DNA of 64,000 nucleotides from a phage. The DNA lies in sequence record PZ445439.1. The stretch is one strand, 5' to 3'. The position numbers and the translations under genes are program-made. This document shows positions 20,149-30,290 of this stretch, one piece after another (the first letter of the stretch is position 1; each line of letters begins with the position of its first letter). A model generated the notes under the pieces. That model did no database searches and was not told the DNA's origin. It saw only the letters and a program-made list of their open reading frames with translations.

Positions 20149-20618
20149 TTTAAACTCTTTCTAAGCTGCTTCTTAAATGAAGCTATTAACTGTGTTTTAG
20201 TGTCAGATTCATTATATTCAAATCCTCTTTGAAGCATCTCAGCCATCATTTCCTCTTTTCCTAAACGAGAAAATTCCTTTGATTTATCTCCAACAAAGTT
20301 AGGGTGAATATTGTTTTGGGTGTAATCGGATTTTAAATAAGTAAGTAAATTTTCTAACCATTCAAGATAATCAACGCCTTGTCCCTTTAAACCAGAACGA
20401 TTAAATTTGTGCTTCATTTGACCTTCTGCAGCATTACACAGATTACATAACAATCCACGTACCTTTCCTGCTTTCGGTCCATTTAATTCATGGTCATGAT
20501 CGAGGTGATTAGCTTGAACATCAGGATTTAATTCTCGTTGGCAAATTAAGCATTTACCATTTTGTGCATTATAAAATTTTTGTTTTTCTTCTTTATATAA
20601 TTTGCCAGTCAATAACAT
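20145..20618 (-). CDS. 49: Endonuclease VII (Holliday junction resolvase)
   Basis: 157 aa; matches recalled T4 endo VII including CLICQ and HLDHDH motifs. Confidence 0.93.
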   Translation of the reverse strand: MLLTGKLYKEEKQKFYNAQNGKCLICQRELNPDVQANHLDHDHELNGPKAGKVRGLLCNLCNAAEGQMKHKFNRSGLKGQGVDYLEWLENLLTYLKSDYTQNNIHPNFVGDKSKEFSRLGKEEMMAEMLQRGFEYNESDTKTQLIASFKKQLRKSLK

Positions 20619-20667
20619 AATAAAACCCTTACCTTAAATAGATAAGGGTATTTATTATTTTCAAGTA

Positions 20668-21132
20668 TTAAAACGCTCGGTCAGAAAAAGAAATTTGGGT
20701 TTCAAGCCATTCAATGTATTCTGCGGCAGCTTGCATCAAATTTCCTTCGTAGCCATCGTTATTTTCTTGTGAAGCTAATTTAGCTAATGCATATGAAATA
20801 CGTTCACCTTGAAAAGCGGCTTTAGGCTTCTGGGCAGCTTGATTAGTTCGTTCTACGACTTCTTCAATTTCACCATTTTCTACTGATTCAGTATTCCACA
20901 AACACCAATACGTAATTGGCTTATCATAGATGTTAATAATCTTTCCATCAGAAAGTTCAATTTCAATAATTCCAGTATCAGGTTCTATATCATCTTCACA
21001 TTCTTTTGCAAGTTCACGAACTTTAAAGACAGTACCTGCACTAAGTTCCGGCCAGTAATTACACAGCCCTTTATCAGCACGATTAATTCTAAACCACTTA
21101 TCTACTGTAATCATGTCCCATCTCCATATCAA
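20668..21132 (-). CDS. pin: Putative protease inhibitor Pin (assigned by position)
   Basis: 154 aa ORF directly after gene 49 as in T4 order. Confidence 0.4.
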   Translation of the reverse strand: MIWRWDMITVDKWFRINRADKGLCNYWPELSAGTVFKVRELAKECEDDIEPDTGIIEIELSDGKIINIYDKPITYWCLWNTESVENGEIEEVVERTNQAAQKPKAAFQGERISYALAKLASQENNDGYEGNLMQAAAEYIEWLETQISFSDRAF

Positions 21133-21237
21133 TTAAGTCATTTATCGTTGGTTCATTATATACTGTTTCTTCATCAGTGTAAACCGGTTCTTCCGGCTCT
21201 GGCTCTACAGTTTCCCATCTAGCCGCCCACCAAGGTT

Positions 21238-21558
21238 TTATAGCGTAATCCATTCTCGTACTGTCTGAGTTACTACACGTTCACGGGGCTCGACTAGTTC
21301 AACAGTCGGAACTGCATAATACCAGTCAGAATGATAAGAACCTGATCGAGATTCATTTACCGCTACATGTACATTATGTTTTGGACTAAAGTAAACGCAC
21401 TGACGATATTGGCATTTACCATCTTGCACCCAATCTTCTATTTCGACAGGTTTAAGATAATCCGAAAAATCGAAATCATAATTTTCTGAAAATGCATCGT
21501 GGTCTTCAATAATTTCACTCAGAACTGCATCAACATCTAATTTATTTTCAATAGTCAT
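21238..21558 (-). CDS. Hypothetical protein
   Basis: 106 aa ORF. Confidence 0.5.
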   Translation of the reverse strand: MTIENKLDVDAVLSEIIEDHDAFSENYDFDFSDYLKPVEIEDWVQDGKCQYRQCVYFSPKHNVHVAVNESRSGSYHSDWYYAVPTVELVEPRERVVTQTVREWITL

Positions 21559-21568
21559 TTGTCACCAC

Positions 21569-21778
21569 TTAATTTCGCAATTTATTAAGTTCTTCATAAT
21601 CAATCCAGGATTCTAATCCTGATGGCAAATCAGATTCAATTTCCCAAAGAAGTTCTTCAATTTTCTGAAGACGATCCAATTCTTCAGCTGGAATAGTAAC
21701 CATTGCCGGAGCTCTTGCTGCACTAATATCGTAAATCATATTTACCCCAGTTTGACCATGCAATCGCCATATTTCCAC
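21569..21778 (-). CDS. Hypothetical protein
   Basis: 69 aa ORF. Confidence 0.45.
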   Translation of the reverse strand: MEIWRLHGQTGVNMIYDISAARAPAMVTIPAEELDRLQKIEELLWEIESDLPSGLESWIDYEELNKLRN

Positions 21779-21957
21779 TTAGAAATAGACTTTTCGCCAT
21801 TAGAATAATAAACTTCGAGTTTAGCACGGTTATTTTTAATTTGAATAACCTTAGCTGTCATCAAAGTTCCATACCCATAGTAAACTGCAACTTCATCACC
21901 TACATATACCGCGCTTCCGCGGTAGTCATGGATATAATCAGTTCCTTCGAGCATCAT
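21742..21957 (-). CDS. Hypothetical protein
   Basis: 71 aa ORF. Confidence 0.45.
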   Translation of the reverse strand: MMLEGTDYIHDYRGSAVYVGDEVAVYYGYGTLMTAKVIQIKNNRAKLEVYYSNGEKSISKWKYGDCMVKLG

Positions 21958-22217
21958 TTAAAGTATTCCCGCAATTGGTCAAATCCACCAATATGACTTC
22001 CATCAGGAGCAAATACCTGAGGCATCGTCAAGCCGATTTGAGTATCACGACCTAGTTTCGTCAGAAGCTCAGCAATTTTCTCATCATCAAAAACACCTTT
22101 TTCCGGCATAATGTTGATAAATTCAAACGGCTGCTTCTTCACGGTCAAAAGACGTTTTGCATTATCGCAATACACACATTTATGGATGTTGCTATCATAA
22201 CCATATACTTTAAACAT
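21954..22217 (-). CDS. nrdC: Thioredoxin/glutaredoxin NrdC
   Basis: 87 aa; CVYC active site. Confidence 0.9.
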   Translation of the reverse strand: MFKVYGYDSNIHKCVYCDNAKRLLTVKKQPFEFINIMPEKGVFDDEKIAELLTKLGRDTQIGLTMPQVFAPDGSHIGGFDQLREYFK

Positions 22218-22476
22218 AATATTCCTTAATTCCTAGTACTTGTTTAAAAGTCTCGTCGTAATCAAGACTTTGGCCCGTTTGTTCTTTATGTTTGTATATA
22301 ATATCACTTACTTCTGATAGCATATTTTTATATGAACGAGTTAAAGCAGATTTAAGCACGCTGTATCTATCAGGAAATTTACCATGTTCATTATAATAAG
22401 CTATTGCTAATTCACGGACTGCCTTTTCAGCAGCCTCCATATATTCTTTACGCTTGGTCATTTTCTTCTCGGTCAA
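22210..22476 (-). CDS. Hypothetical protein
   Basis: 88 aa ORF. Confidence 0.5.
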   Translation of the reverse strand: MTEKKMTKRKEYMEAAEKAVRELAIAYYNEHGKFPDRYSVLKSALTRSYKNMLSEVSDIIYKHKEQTGQSLDYDETFKQVLGIKEYYV

Positions 22477-22765
22477 ATCGGTGTTTACAATGGCGACATT
22501 TATAACGAAGATTACTATTCTGCCAATGAACTAATTGTACCTGTTCAGTGCCGCACTTTGGGCAATTAGGAATATTCTTAGAAGCTCTTTCACGTCGTTC
22601 AACCATGGCCATAATAGCATCCCATGCTGGAGGTTTAAAATCTAAATCGTCGCAACCATGAATCTTTCCACGCATTTCCATATCATCTTCCTCACCAGCC
22701 ATAATAATTTTAATTAAACTGGAATTACTTGAAGCTGCGATGTCTTCTAATAAACGCTTTTTCAT
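22448..22765 (-). CDS. Zinc-ribbon protein
   Basis: CPKC...CRHC pair of Cys-x2-Cys. Confidence 0.5.
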   Translation of the reverse strand: MKKRLLEDIAASSNSSLIKIIMAGEEDDMEMRGKIHGCDDLDFKPPAWDAIMAMVERRERASKNIPNCPKCGTEQVQLVHWQNSNLRYKCRHCKHRFDREENDQA

Positions 22766-23691
22766 TTCAATACCTCGATGGCATTACGTAAACCATTTGC
22801 TTTGGCGGTTAAAGCCTTAAGAACTTTAGTATGCTCTTCAATTTGTTTTTCAACTTCAGCCAAACGTACATTGAGATATTCACGTTCTTCGCTCAGATTA
22901 TCAACCTTTTCTACTTTAGGTTCTTTTATAACTGACTTATATGTATTAGGGTTCTTCAGTTTAATTAGAATGCGTGAACTATATAACATTGAACCATTAT
23001 CTTCGGTTTCGTCATACATTTCTACTACGTCCATGATTTTTAACATCATGCGAAGTTTATAAGACAACGAACGAATAGTTTTGTTGTGCTTATTAATTTC
23101 TTTAGCTGTCATGATGCCGAGATTACGTGAGTAATAATAAGGAACCTGGATATTAATTAATACTGATGAACCACCTGGCTTGTGTGTTACTTCATCAGCA
23201 ATAACCCAGTCCTTAACATGAACTGTATTTGTACGATCATCGCCCGCGGTAAATAGTTTACGAGCATGCTTAAAAAGCATATTCACTTGGTCATTGAATT
23301 GACAAGCAAATTTATCAGCAAATTTAGTTTCAGGAATGGTAGATAACCAATCAGCCAAATGGGTCTTTTTAACATCATTAACAATAGTAAATTCAACCAA
23401 ATCGGTTATAGATGTCTCAGATTTAATGAAGCTCGGCTTCATAAAGTTTTTAATGTTCTCATGAGCTACAGTAGAAGATAACATACGAGAACGTTTAAAC
23501 CATTCAAGCAAATTTCCTAACGAATGAGAATAAGCATTCTGAGTATCTTTACAGATATGATTTTCCTGTCCAACATATTGAAGGAAATCACGAAGAATAT
23601 TATTAACTACTGCTCTGTGTCCTATCTGATAATTGCGATGTTTAGTAATAAGACTGTTAAAATAATCAATATAATGTTTACGAGTTTTCAT
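22762..23691 (-). CDS. Paralog-family protein with C-terminal coiled coil (member 1 of 4)
   Basis: 309 aa; C-terminal heptad-rich tail. Confidence 0.6.
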   Translation of the reverse strand: MKTRKHYIDYFNSLITKHRNYQIGHRAVVNNILRDFLQYVGQENHICKDTQNAYSHSLGNLLEWFKRSRMLSSTVAHENIKNFMKPSFIKSETSITDLVEFTIVNDVKKTHLADWLSTIPETKFADKFACQFNDQVNMLFKHARKLFTAGDDRTNTVHVKDWVIADEVTHKPGGSSVLINIQVPYYYSRNLGIMTAKEINKHNKTIRSLSYKLRMMLKIMDVVEMYDETEDNGSMLYSSRILIKLKNPNTYKSVIKEPKVEKVDNLSEEREYLNVRLAEVEKQIEEHTKVLKALTAKANGLRNAIEVLK

Positions 23692-23745
23692 ATTCTTCTC
23701 ACTTAGTTAATGATTTATGCTCCAAGCCATCCTTGGCTTTAAATT

Positions 23746-24747
23746 TTACTTAATTAACTGTAAAGCTTGTTCAAGACGATCAAGACGATTAACAGATTCT
23801 TCCCAAATCCTTTTAGCCTGTTCATATTCTTTCTGCGCTTTATTAGAAATTTCTAGAACTTCTTTATAAGCTTTTTCTAGTGCAATAACTTCTGGACGAA
23901 TTTCTACCGGTTCGGGTGAATCATCAAGACATTCCATTAGTTCCTCAAGAGTAGTTTCTTCTTTAGGAGTATTCACAATTTCCTCGCATTTTTGTTGATA
24001 AATTTCTTTATCAGTCGGTGAGTACGCGCATTTCACTTCACGAAGGCTAATTATAATTTTATATCCTTCCCAACCACATATATTTTTGAAAGGATACGTA
24101 TGAATACTTTTTACAGTTTCCATACAGCCCAAAGCCGCCTCTAACTGATGGGTTATAGTACTAGCAATTGAGAAAAATTTATTAATATTCTTTTGGTTAA
24201 CTTCCGGTGTAAAAAATCCATAATTCACAAAAATAGCTACTTTATTTTTATCAAGCTCATATTCTTTTACGATAATCATATCAGAAGCTAAAGGATGAAT
24301 TTGACGATAATCACCATAACATAATTTAGAAGCTGATTTTAAAATTTGTCCTTTAAAAAGTCTGAAATTACTAATCCAACGACGAGTAAAAATATTCTCA
24401 GGGTCTTCTTTATTATTAAGATGATAAGAATTAACATCACCGAACCAATTATATCCTACTACATCTTTGGTTCGTTTAATTTCTTTCCCAAATTTACCAA
24501 AAATATCCCGATTAACCAAATATGAAAGAAGACGAGACCCTTTAAAGGTTTCCTTAATATCATCTTTATCTACACGGCTAGAAATTTTACAAACTTCATG
24601 AATAAATTTACTTGAAGAAACTATACTTGCATCAATACTATTGAGCCATTGATTGATAATAGAAAGAACACCGTGATGACTAGACATGGGTTTAACTTTA
24701 TCATCAATAACGCTATTGAATGATTTGATATATTCGTTACGAGTCAT
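23746..24747 (-). CDS. Paralog-family protein with C-terminal coiled coil (member 2)
   Basis: Start set at MTRNEY downstream of the early promoter; shares RRWISNFRLFKGQILKSASKL-like block with member 3. Confidence 0.6.
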   Translation of the reverse strand: MTRNEYIKSFNSVIDDKVKPMSSHHGVLSIINQWLNSIDASIVSSSKFIHEVCKISSRVDKDDIKETFKGSRLLSYLVNRDIFGKFGKEIKRTKDVVGYNWFGDVNSYHLNNKEDPENIFTRRWISNFRLFKGQILKSASKLCYGDYRQIHPLASDMIIVKEYELDKNKVAIFVNYGFFTPEVNQKNINKFFSIASTITHQLEAALGCMETVKSIHTYPFKNICGWEGYKIIISLREVKCAYSPTDKEIYQQKCEEIVNTPKEETTLEELMECLDDSPEPVEIRPEVIALEKAYKEVLEISNKAQKEYEQAKRIWEESVNRLDRLEQALQLIK

Positions 24748-24774
24748 AATAATCTCCTCAGTAGAAAGTAAGAA

Positions 24775-24804
24775 CATTATACCACATCCTTGTGGCAAAG
24801 TAAA
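24775..24804 (-). promoter_or_regulatory. Early promoter (-35 GTTTAC, extended -10 TGGTATAAT)
   Basis: Between paralog members 3 and 2. Confidence 0.55.
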
Positions 24805-25833
24805 CTAGTTCAGTGCATTTAGTGCATTGTTCAGTTTAGAACGTTGTTTTGTCAGATTTTGAACCCTTGACTGTGCTTGTTCTAACACCTTTTCAGCTTC
24901 TAGCATTTCATTAGTTGCTTTAACAAGTTCATCATCTACTGCTTTAAGAGACTTCTCAATCGCATCGGCGTGCCATTTTTCAACAGGTTTAAGACTCGGA
25001 TTTTCAACAGGAAGAAAATTCACTTTATTGAATTTCCATGCATCATTATTACCTGAACTATACATCCAAAATTTAGGATCGTTTGATAAGTAATTAGATA
25101 AATTTAAGTTATAGTTATCTTGCACTTCCTGTTTTTTCTCTTGCGGGACTTCGTCCTTTCTCAAATAATCATATTTAAATGAAACGACCATATCAAGTTC
25201 ATATGTTGTCGTATCTAATTTAAATCGTTCGAAATGCTGCGAAATCTTAGACTGAACAGCGGAAACAACATCCATATACTTAAATGCTTCTGTCAATTGT
25301 GATTTAAGGCATTCGCAAATTGAAAGAGAATTTTTTGTATTAGGTTTAAAGCTAATTCGTGCAGTTCTGTTATTTTCTTTTAATGGTCTTACTTCCATCT
25401 GAAGAGTATAACCATCAAATTTCAGATTCTTTAAGTTAATGTCAGAGCCTTTTAATCGACTAGCAGTAGACAAAATTTGCTTTAATTGTCTACGGAACAG
25501 AGCAATAAATCTCCATTCAATACGATAATGATTTGGATTGAAAAATCCAGATGATAAATCGACCTTACTTTGACCAACGCCTTGAACAAATAGAGGATTT
25601 TTATAATCAATAGTTTTACAGAAATCAACGAGTTGCTCGCGAGCAGTCATTTGTGTAATATACCCTGCTTTACTAAAATGACGTAACCATTCACTGCTAT
25701 TCAAATGTTTAAAGGCATGAATGGAACAATTAACTTTACCAAGGTCTAAATTATTTTCGCACAAAAATGTCATAGCATCACGAGTATAACTGGCATTACG
25801 AACAATATCTTCAATTTGAGAACGAGTTTTCAT
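24805..25833 (-). CDS. Paralog-family protein with C-terminal coiled coil (member 3)
   Basis: 342 aa. Confidence 0.6.
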   Translation of the reverse strand: MKTRSQIEDIVRNASYTRDAMTFLCENNLDLGKVNCSIHAFKHLNSSEWLRHFSKAGYITQMTAREQLVDFCKTIDYKNPLFVQGVGQSKVDLSSGFFNPNHYRIEWRFIALFRRQLKQILSTASRLKGSDINLKNLKFDGYTLQMEVRPLKENNRTARISFKPNTKNSLSICECLKSQLTEAFKYMDVVSAVQSKISQHFERFKLDTTTYELDMVVSFKYDYLRKDEVPQEKKQEVQDNYNLNLSNYLSNDPKFWMYSSGNNDAWKFNKVNFLPVENPSLKPVEKWHADAIEKSLKAVDDELVKATNEMLEAEKVLEQAQSRVQNLTKQRSKLNNALNALN

Positions 25834-25841
25834 AGTATTCC

Positions 25842-26753
25842 TTAAGATTTAAGTAAATCAACAATTTTAATTAACTTTTCACGCTCAGATTTAGCTTTAC
25901 TACTCAGTCCAGATAGTCTAAAAATTTCATCATCATATTGTTGAATAGAAATATTCAGCTCTTCAATCTGCTTATTAAAATAATCAATTTGTTCAGAATG
26001 TTTTTCGTTACTACGAACTGGTACAGGTTTTGTAGGCAATTCAATTGAACTGGATTCATCCGGGCGATAAATTAAAATACAACTTGAACCAATTGGACAT
26101 TTTGCACCAGATGAATATTCTAATGTTCCAGATTCTTTTAAAACTTCAAAAGCTAAACAGAGATGATGGCCCATATTAACATAATCCGTAGAGCGAGCTC
26201 TGACGTAATAATCATCTCCACGAATACTAAATTTAAAACATTTAAGGTCTTCTGTATTATTAGTTTTAAAAATCATTTGTTTATCTAGACCTTTAGCCAA
26301 TCGAGCGCCTAACGCTAATAATCGTCGTTGATTTTCCCATAAATCCGCAATCATTTGGTCGAATGATAATTTCGGCATTAGTCGGCCATAAAGGTCGTAT
26401 CCTTTATTATAATTGCGAAGGATTTCACTCGCGTTAATACGAGACAATGCTCCAATTTTATTAAGGGCTTTCATAATGCGATTAGATAAACTCATTCCAG
26501 ATCCGTTTGTTCGCTGTAAATGTTTTTCTAATCCAAACCCAATATCAACTTTAAACTTATCTAAAATTTCAGCATGAACATCTCTGTCAATAACATTCAA
26601 ATCCAAAGTTGAGTTAAATCTATGAAAAAATTTATCTGGCTCTCCACGACGAAATACAGTCCATTCATTCATCATTTTTTTATTAACTAAAGATTTAATT
26701 ACTGCATTGACATTATTAATTACTACTGACATATTTTCCTCACTCAATTTCAA
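25842..26753 (-). CDS. Paralog-family protein with C-terminal coiled coil (member 4)
   Basis: 303 aa. Confidence 0.6.
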   Translation of the reverse strand: MKLSEENMSVVINNVNAVIKSLVNKKMMNEWTVFRRGEPDKFFHRFNSTLDLNVIDRDVHAEILDKFKVDIGFGLEKHLQRTNGSGMSLSNRIMKALNKIGALSRINASEILRNYNKGYDLYGRLMPKLSFDQMIADLWENQRRLLALGARLAKGLDKQMIFKTNNTEDLKCFKFSIRGDDYYVRARSTDYVNMGHHLCLAFEVLKESGTLEYSSGAKCPIGSSCILIYRPDESSSIELPTKPVPVRSNEKHSEQIDYFNKQIEELNISIQQYDDEIFRLSGLSSKAKSEREKLIKIVDLLKS

Positions 26754-27147
26754 TTTTACTAAATATACAGAATAAGATGGAACAGACTATATAAGCACCA
26801 CACACAGATTGAACTAATACCATTCCAAAGAACCAAACAATATTATCAAACAATGTCTGTTTTACGTCGAAAGGACGTAAACTTACAGTAATATTATCAC
26901 CTTTTTCTATTGAAGAATACATCTCTGGGGAAATATATTCACTAAATCTATAACCGTCTTTTAGTTCATATACGGCAATAAACGATAAACTAGACCCTTT
27001 TCCTTGTGTTCCTGTAATGGTATTAACTATAGTAACATCATAATCTTTATAATGCATATAATCATTAATAGCATAATAACCGTATGCAACTACTACACAT
27101 AAACAACATATCAATAAATTCAATCTTTTAATTATCAACTGTTTCAT
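26740..27147 (-). CDS. Membrane protein (two hydrophobic segments)
   Basis: 135 aa. Confidence 0.55.
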   Translation of the reverse strand: MKQLIIKRLNLLICCLCVVVAYGYYAINDYMHYKDYDVTIVNTITGTQGKGSSLSFIAVYELKDGYRFSEYISPEMYSSIEKGDNITVSLRPFDVKQTLFDNIVWFFGMVLVQSVCGAYIVCSILFCIFSKIEIE

Positions 27148-27176
27148 AATAATCTCAATTAAAAGGGCTTAGAACC

Positions 27177-27203
27177 ATTATACCATCCTTGGTATAAAGC
27201 GGT
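27177..27203 (-). promoter_or_regulatory. Candidate middle (MotA-type) promoter: CCGCTTTA box plus TGGTATAAT
   Basis: MotA-box-like CGCTT about 14 nt upstream of extended -10. Confidence 0.35.
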
Positions 27204-27730
27204 TATGCGAGTACCGTCTTTAACCGTTCTTCAAACTTCCGAAGAGTATTTTGGCGTTCAGCTCTTTGCTTTTTGTAAGTTTCAATACGCTCTGAAATGA
27301 GAGTGTATCGTTCATTCACTGATTCTTTCATAAAATCAGGAATTTCACGAGAAGCTTTAATCTCGTCAAATTTATCAATAACAGCTTGCTCTTCAGCAAT
27401 TAAGTTATCATACATTAAAATATCTTTCTTGATGAACTCAATATCTTCTTGAGTTACACGAGATAATTTAGATGCTTTATCCTTTTTGTACTGTTCGTTA
27501 GTATCACGAGACCAATGTAATATACGATTTTTATTCGTATTCTTGTAAATTTCTACAATACCAATCTCATCAATAATAACGATCCAATTCCAACGGGATT
27601 TGTAAATTTGTCCTCCATCAACAGTGATTTCACCTCCGATTGAGATGTCATTAAAGAACTTGCTTTGTGCTTCAGATTTAAATTTACCATCGTTGTAATT
27701 TACCAAGTTGAAAATATCTTTAGCATTCAT
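27203..27730 (-). CDS. Hypothetical protein
   Basis: Start set at MNAKDIF; the longer track ORF reads through the promoter repeat. Confidence 0.55.
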   Translation of the reverse strand: MNAKDIFNLVNYNDGKFKSEAQSKFFNDISIGGEITVDGGQIYKSRWNWIVIIDEIGIVEIYKNTNKNRILHWSRDTNEQYKKDKASKLSRVTQEDIEFIKKDILMYDNLIAEEQAVIDKFDEIKASREIPDFMKESVNERYTLISERIETYKKQRAERQNTLRKFEERLKTVLA

Positions 27731-27757
27731 TTTCTGTTCCTCCGTAGTTGATAGTTG

Positions 27758-27789
27758 TATAGTACCACAGAGGAACAGTCTTGTAAACA
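27758..27789 (-). promoter_or_regulatory. Early promoter (-35 GTTTACA, -10 TACTAT)
   Basis: Repeat-family member. Confidence 0.6.
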
Positions 27790-27790
27790 A

Positions 27791-28105
27791 CTAAAAGAAA
27801 CTTCTTTCACAATTTTTTCCACTGAACCAGGCGCTCACTGCTTTCTTAGTCTCGGGAGCAGTGTTATCCATAAACCATTCAAAGGCAGCCTTTTTATGAT
27901 TCTGGAGGGCTTCTCGGGCTTTAATCTGCTCACGGTCTATTAACACTAACATATGAGCCTTTCTTGTCACCAGGGGCTTCTTATGATTTTTTGAATACTC
28001 CCAATCATTTGTCCATCGCATTGTCGTTGCGAATTGAAGTACAGCTTCTTTAATTTTAGTTTCGTAAATTTCACGAGCCTTTGAGTATAACATTATTACC
28101 TCCAT
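27791..28105 (-). CDS. Hypothetical protein
   Basis: 104 aa ORF. Confidence 0.55.
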   Translation of the reverse strand: MEVIMLYSKAREIYETKIKEAVLQFATTMRWTNDWEYSKNHKKPLVTRKAHMLVLIDREQIKAREALQNHKKAAFEWFMDNTAPETKKAVSAWFSGKNCERSFF

Positions 28106-28194
28106 TTACCAGTTTAATTCTAGTCATCTTTTTGATGGCAGTCCATATAATCTATTTCTGAACTGCCTTTTTGTCTTAGAAGGTCTCTTATGAA

Positions 28195-29163
28195 TTATTT
28201 CAGAAGAGTAACCTCAGCAATTTCTTCCCAACCGTTTTTGTCGGTCATAATAAAGTCAGCAAGATAAAGAGCAGTACGCAGTGAAACATTGCGTAAACGA
28301 TTAACATTGACTTTCATCCATGATAATGCTTTATAAGTTTCTTCATCAGAAAGACCGCGCTTTTGCATCATGTCAGTTGAAAGAATAACATCTTCAACCC
28401 TGACCATAATTTCTTCATTAGTGTGAACACCTAAATCTAAATAAACTGAGCGGGACACTAATGCTTGTAAATGTGGAGCAAGTTTAGTACCACGGTCTAA
28501 TTCGCGGTCAATGTCAACGTTTGTGATAAAAACAATCGTTCCTTTAAATTCAAACTCACGCTCAATGCCTTTTTCTTCTAAGTAAGAAGATGCAGTGCTC
28601 CAGCAGACTTTACGGGTCTCTCCGGTGTCTAGAGCAGCTTTTAGAAGATTAAGAATGTCCATATCAGAGAAAACATCCACATCATCAATCAAAAGGACAG
28701 AATTCTCTTCACGATTATTCCAGAGCTGCTCATAAAGACCGATACCAGAGATTTTACCATTAATGCTTTTATACTCAATGTATCCAACATCATTTGCTTT
28801 ATTTAAAGCTTTATCTAAAGAATACGTTTTACCAATACCTGCCGCACCAGAGATAATTAATGAACGAATGTTTCCGTTAATAATACCATTCGTCATCATT
28901 CCCATAACATTAAATCTTTTATTAATGCGGGTTTTCATATCTTCATATGATTCTTTAACTTCTTCAACTTTTACACCATCATATGAAATATCTGATTTGT
29001 AAACCCAAACACCGCGACGCTTACCGTCAATTTCAACAAAAACTTTACCATCTCCTTGTGCATCCACCGGAGCATTATCTGGGAACCATTCGCCTAAGAG
29101 CTCAAAAGTTCCAGAGATTTCTTTACCGAAGTAGATACCCTTATTGATAGTTACAGTTTTCAT
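28195..29163 (-). CDS. AAA+/P-loop ATPase
   Basis: Walker A GAAGIGKT, Walker B LLIDDVD; ATG at 29163 preceded by TTGGAG. Confidence 0.7.
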   Translation of the reverse strand: MKTVTINKGIYFGKEISGTFELLGEWFPDNAPVDAQGDGKVFVEIDGKRRGVWVYKSDISYDGVKVEEVKESYEDMKTRINKRFNVMGMMTNGIINGNIRSLIISGAAGIGKTYSLDKALNKANDVGYIEYKSINGKISGIGLYEQLWNNREENSVLLIDDVDVFSDMDILNLLKAALDTGETRKVCWSTASSYLEEKGIEREFEFKGTIVFITNVDIDRELDRGTKLAPHLQALVSRSVYLDLGVHTNEEIMVRVEDVILSTDMMQKRGLSDEETYKALSWMKVNVNRLRNVSLRTALYLADFIMTDKNGWEEIAEVTLLK

Positions 29164-29196
29164 TTTATTCTCCAAATCCGTATTAGTTGATAGTTG

Positions 29197-29228
29197 TATA
29201 GTACCATAAAGCTTTATGCGTGTAAACA
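29197..29228 (-). promoter_or_regulatory. Early promoter
   Basis: Repeat-family member upstream of the ATPase ORF. Confidence 0.6.
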
Positions 29229-29257
29229 GTTTTGTGAAAAATTTTTAAAATAAAAAG

Positions 29258-29275
29258 GGAGCCCGAAGGCTCCCT
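29258..29275 (-). terminator. Hairpin GGGAGCC-UUCG-GGCUCCC
   Basis: Immediately 3' of the nucleotidyltransferase ORF. Confidence 0.5.
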
Positions 29276-29276
29276 A

Positions 29277-30290
29277 TCATTTATAATAACTTCGATGGTT
29301 TTCGAGATACACCCTTTCAAGGAAGTCATCCCAGAAACTCATGTCTACTTTTTGCTGCATACCGTTCTTAGAAGCTTCAATGGATGCTGCTTCTACTCGA
29401 TCGACCACATCTTCCAAAAACTCTTGAACCGTTTTAAACGGATGCTTACCCAACTTCACGTCGAGAATAAATGGAGCATCTTTGAGTGGATAGACCAAGT
29501 CGCCAGTTTTGTAAATTTCCAACAGTTGAAGTCCACCACGACAAGCATGACTCAGGGCTTTCCAGTCAATGCCCTCATTCGCTTCAGCCTTACGAGCGCG
29601 TTCACCATATTCAGCATCTAATTTGTTCAGTGACTGCTTAAGCTCAATAAGAGAAAGCGTTGTCTGATATTTACGACCCAGCACAGTGTAGAACGTCTGT
29701 GGGCCTGTTTTCTCATGATTATGGAATACCCATTCACAGAATTCGTTTTCTGGAAGACGATGCTTAATATCTTCAACCTTGGTACGACGCTGCTTAATAG
29801 AACCATCTTCTTGATAGTCAACCCACTGATCAGGGATTTGATTAACTACTTTCAATACATCACGTAATGCAGCCAAACGAGAACCCTTAACGCCATATTT
29901 AGAAGCTTGCTTGCGGACATATCCTAAATAGGATTTCATGTTAGTCGTATAAAAACGAGAACGGTTGTCTTGAATAAACTTCCATACGTCAGGCAAATCA
30001 GATTTAACCACTAGTTCAGGTGGAGTGTGAAGCATATCTAATGCTACAGTTTCACCATCTGCTGCTAATTTAAAGAAATACTTAAGACTATACAATTCGT
30101 GGTCAATATCATCTTTAGTGTTTTTAGATGATGTGTTGTTAGTGTTTTTACTCATGTGCTCTTTAACGTTTCCAATAAGAATATCACGAGCAGGAGGAAC
30201 AAAAATTTCTTTAAAATCTACATCAGATTCTGGGGTAGAAGTTCCATAAAGATGACTACCAAAATAGCTTTTCATTACTGTTTTCATCAT
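29277..30290 (-). CDS. Pol-beta-superfamily nucleotidyltransferase-like protein
   Basis: N-terminal GSHLYGTSTPESDVDF (G-S...D-x-D) motif; 337 aa. Confidence 0.6.
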   Translation of the reverse strand: MMKTVMKSYFGSHLYGTSTPESDVDFKEIFVPPARDILIGNVKEHMSKNTNNTSSKNTKDDIDHELYSLKYFFKLAADGETVALDMLHTPPELVVKSDLPDVWKFIQDNRSRFYTTNMKSYLGYVRKQASKYGVKGSRLAALRDVLKVVNQIPDQWVDYQEDGSIKQRRTKVEDIKHRLPENEFCEWVFHNHEKTGPQTFYTVLGRKYQTTLSLIELKQSLNKLDAEYGERARKAEANEGIDWKALSHACRGGLQLLEIYKTGDLVYPLKDAPFILDVKLGKHPFKTVQEFLEDVVDRVEAASIEASKNGMQQKVDMSFWDDFLERVYLENHRSYYK

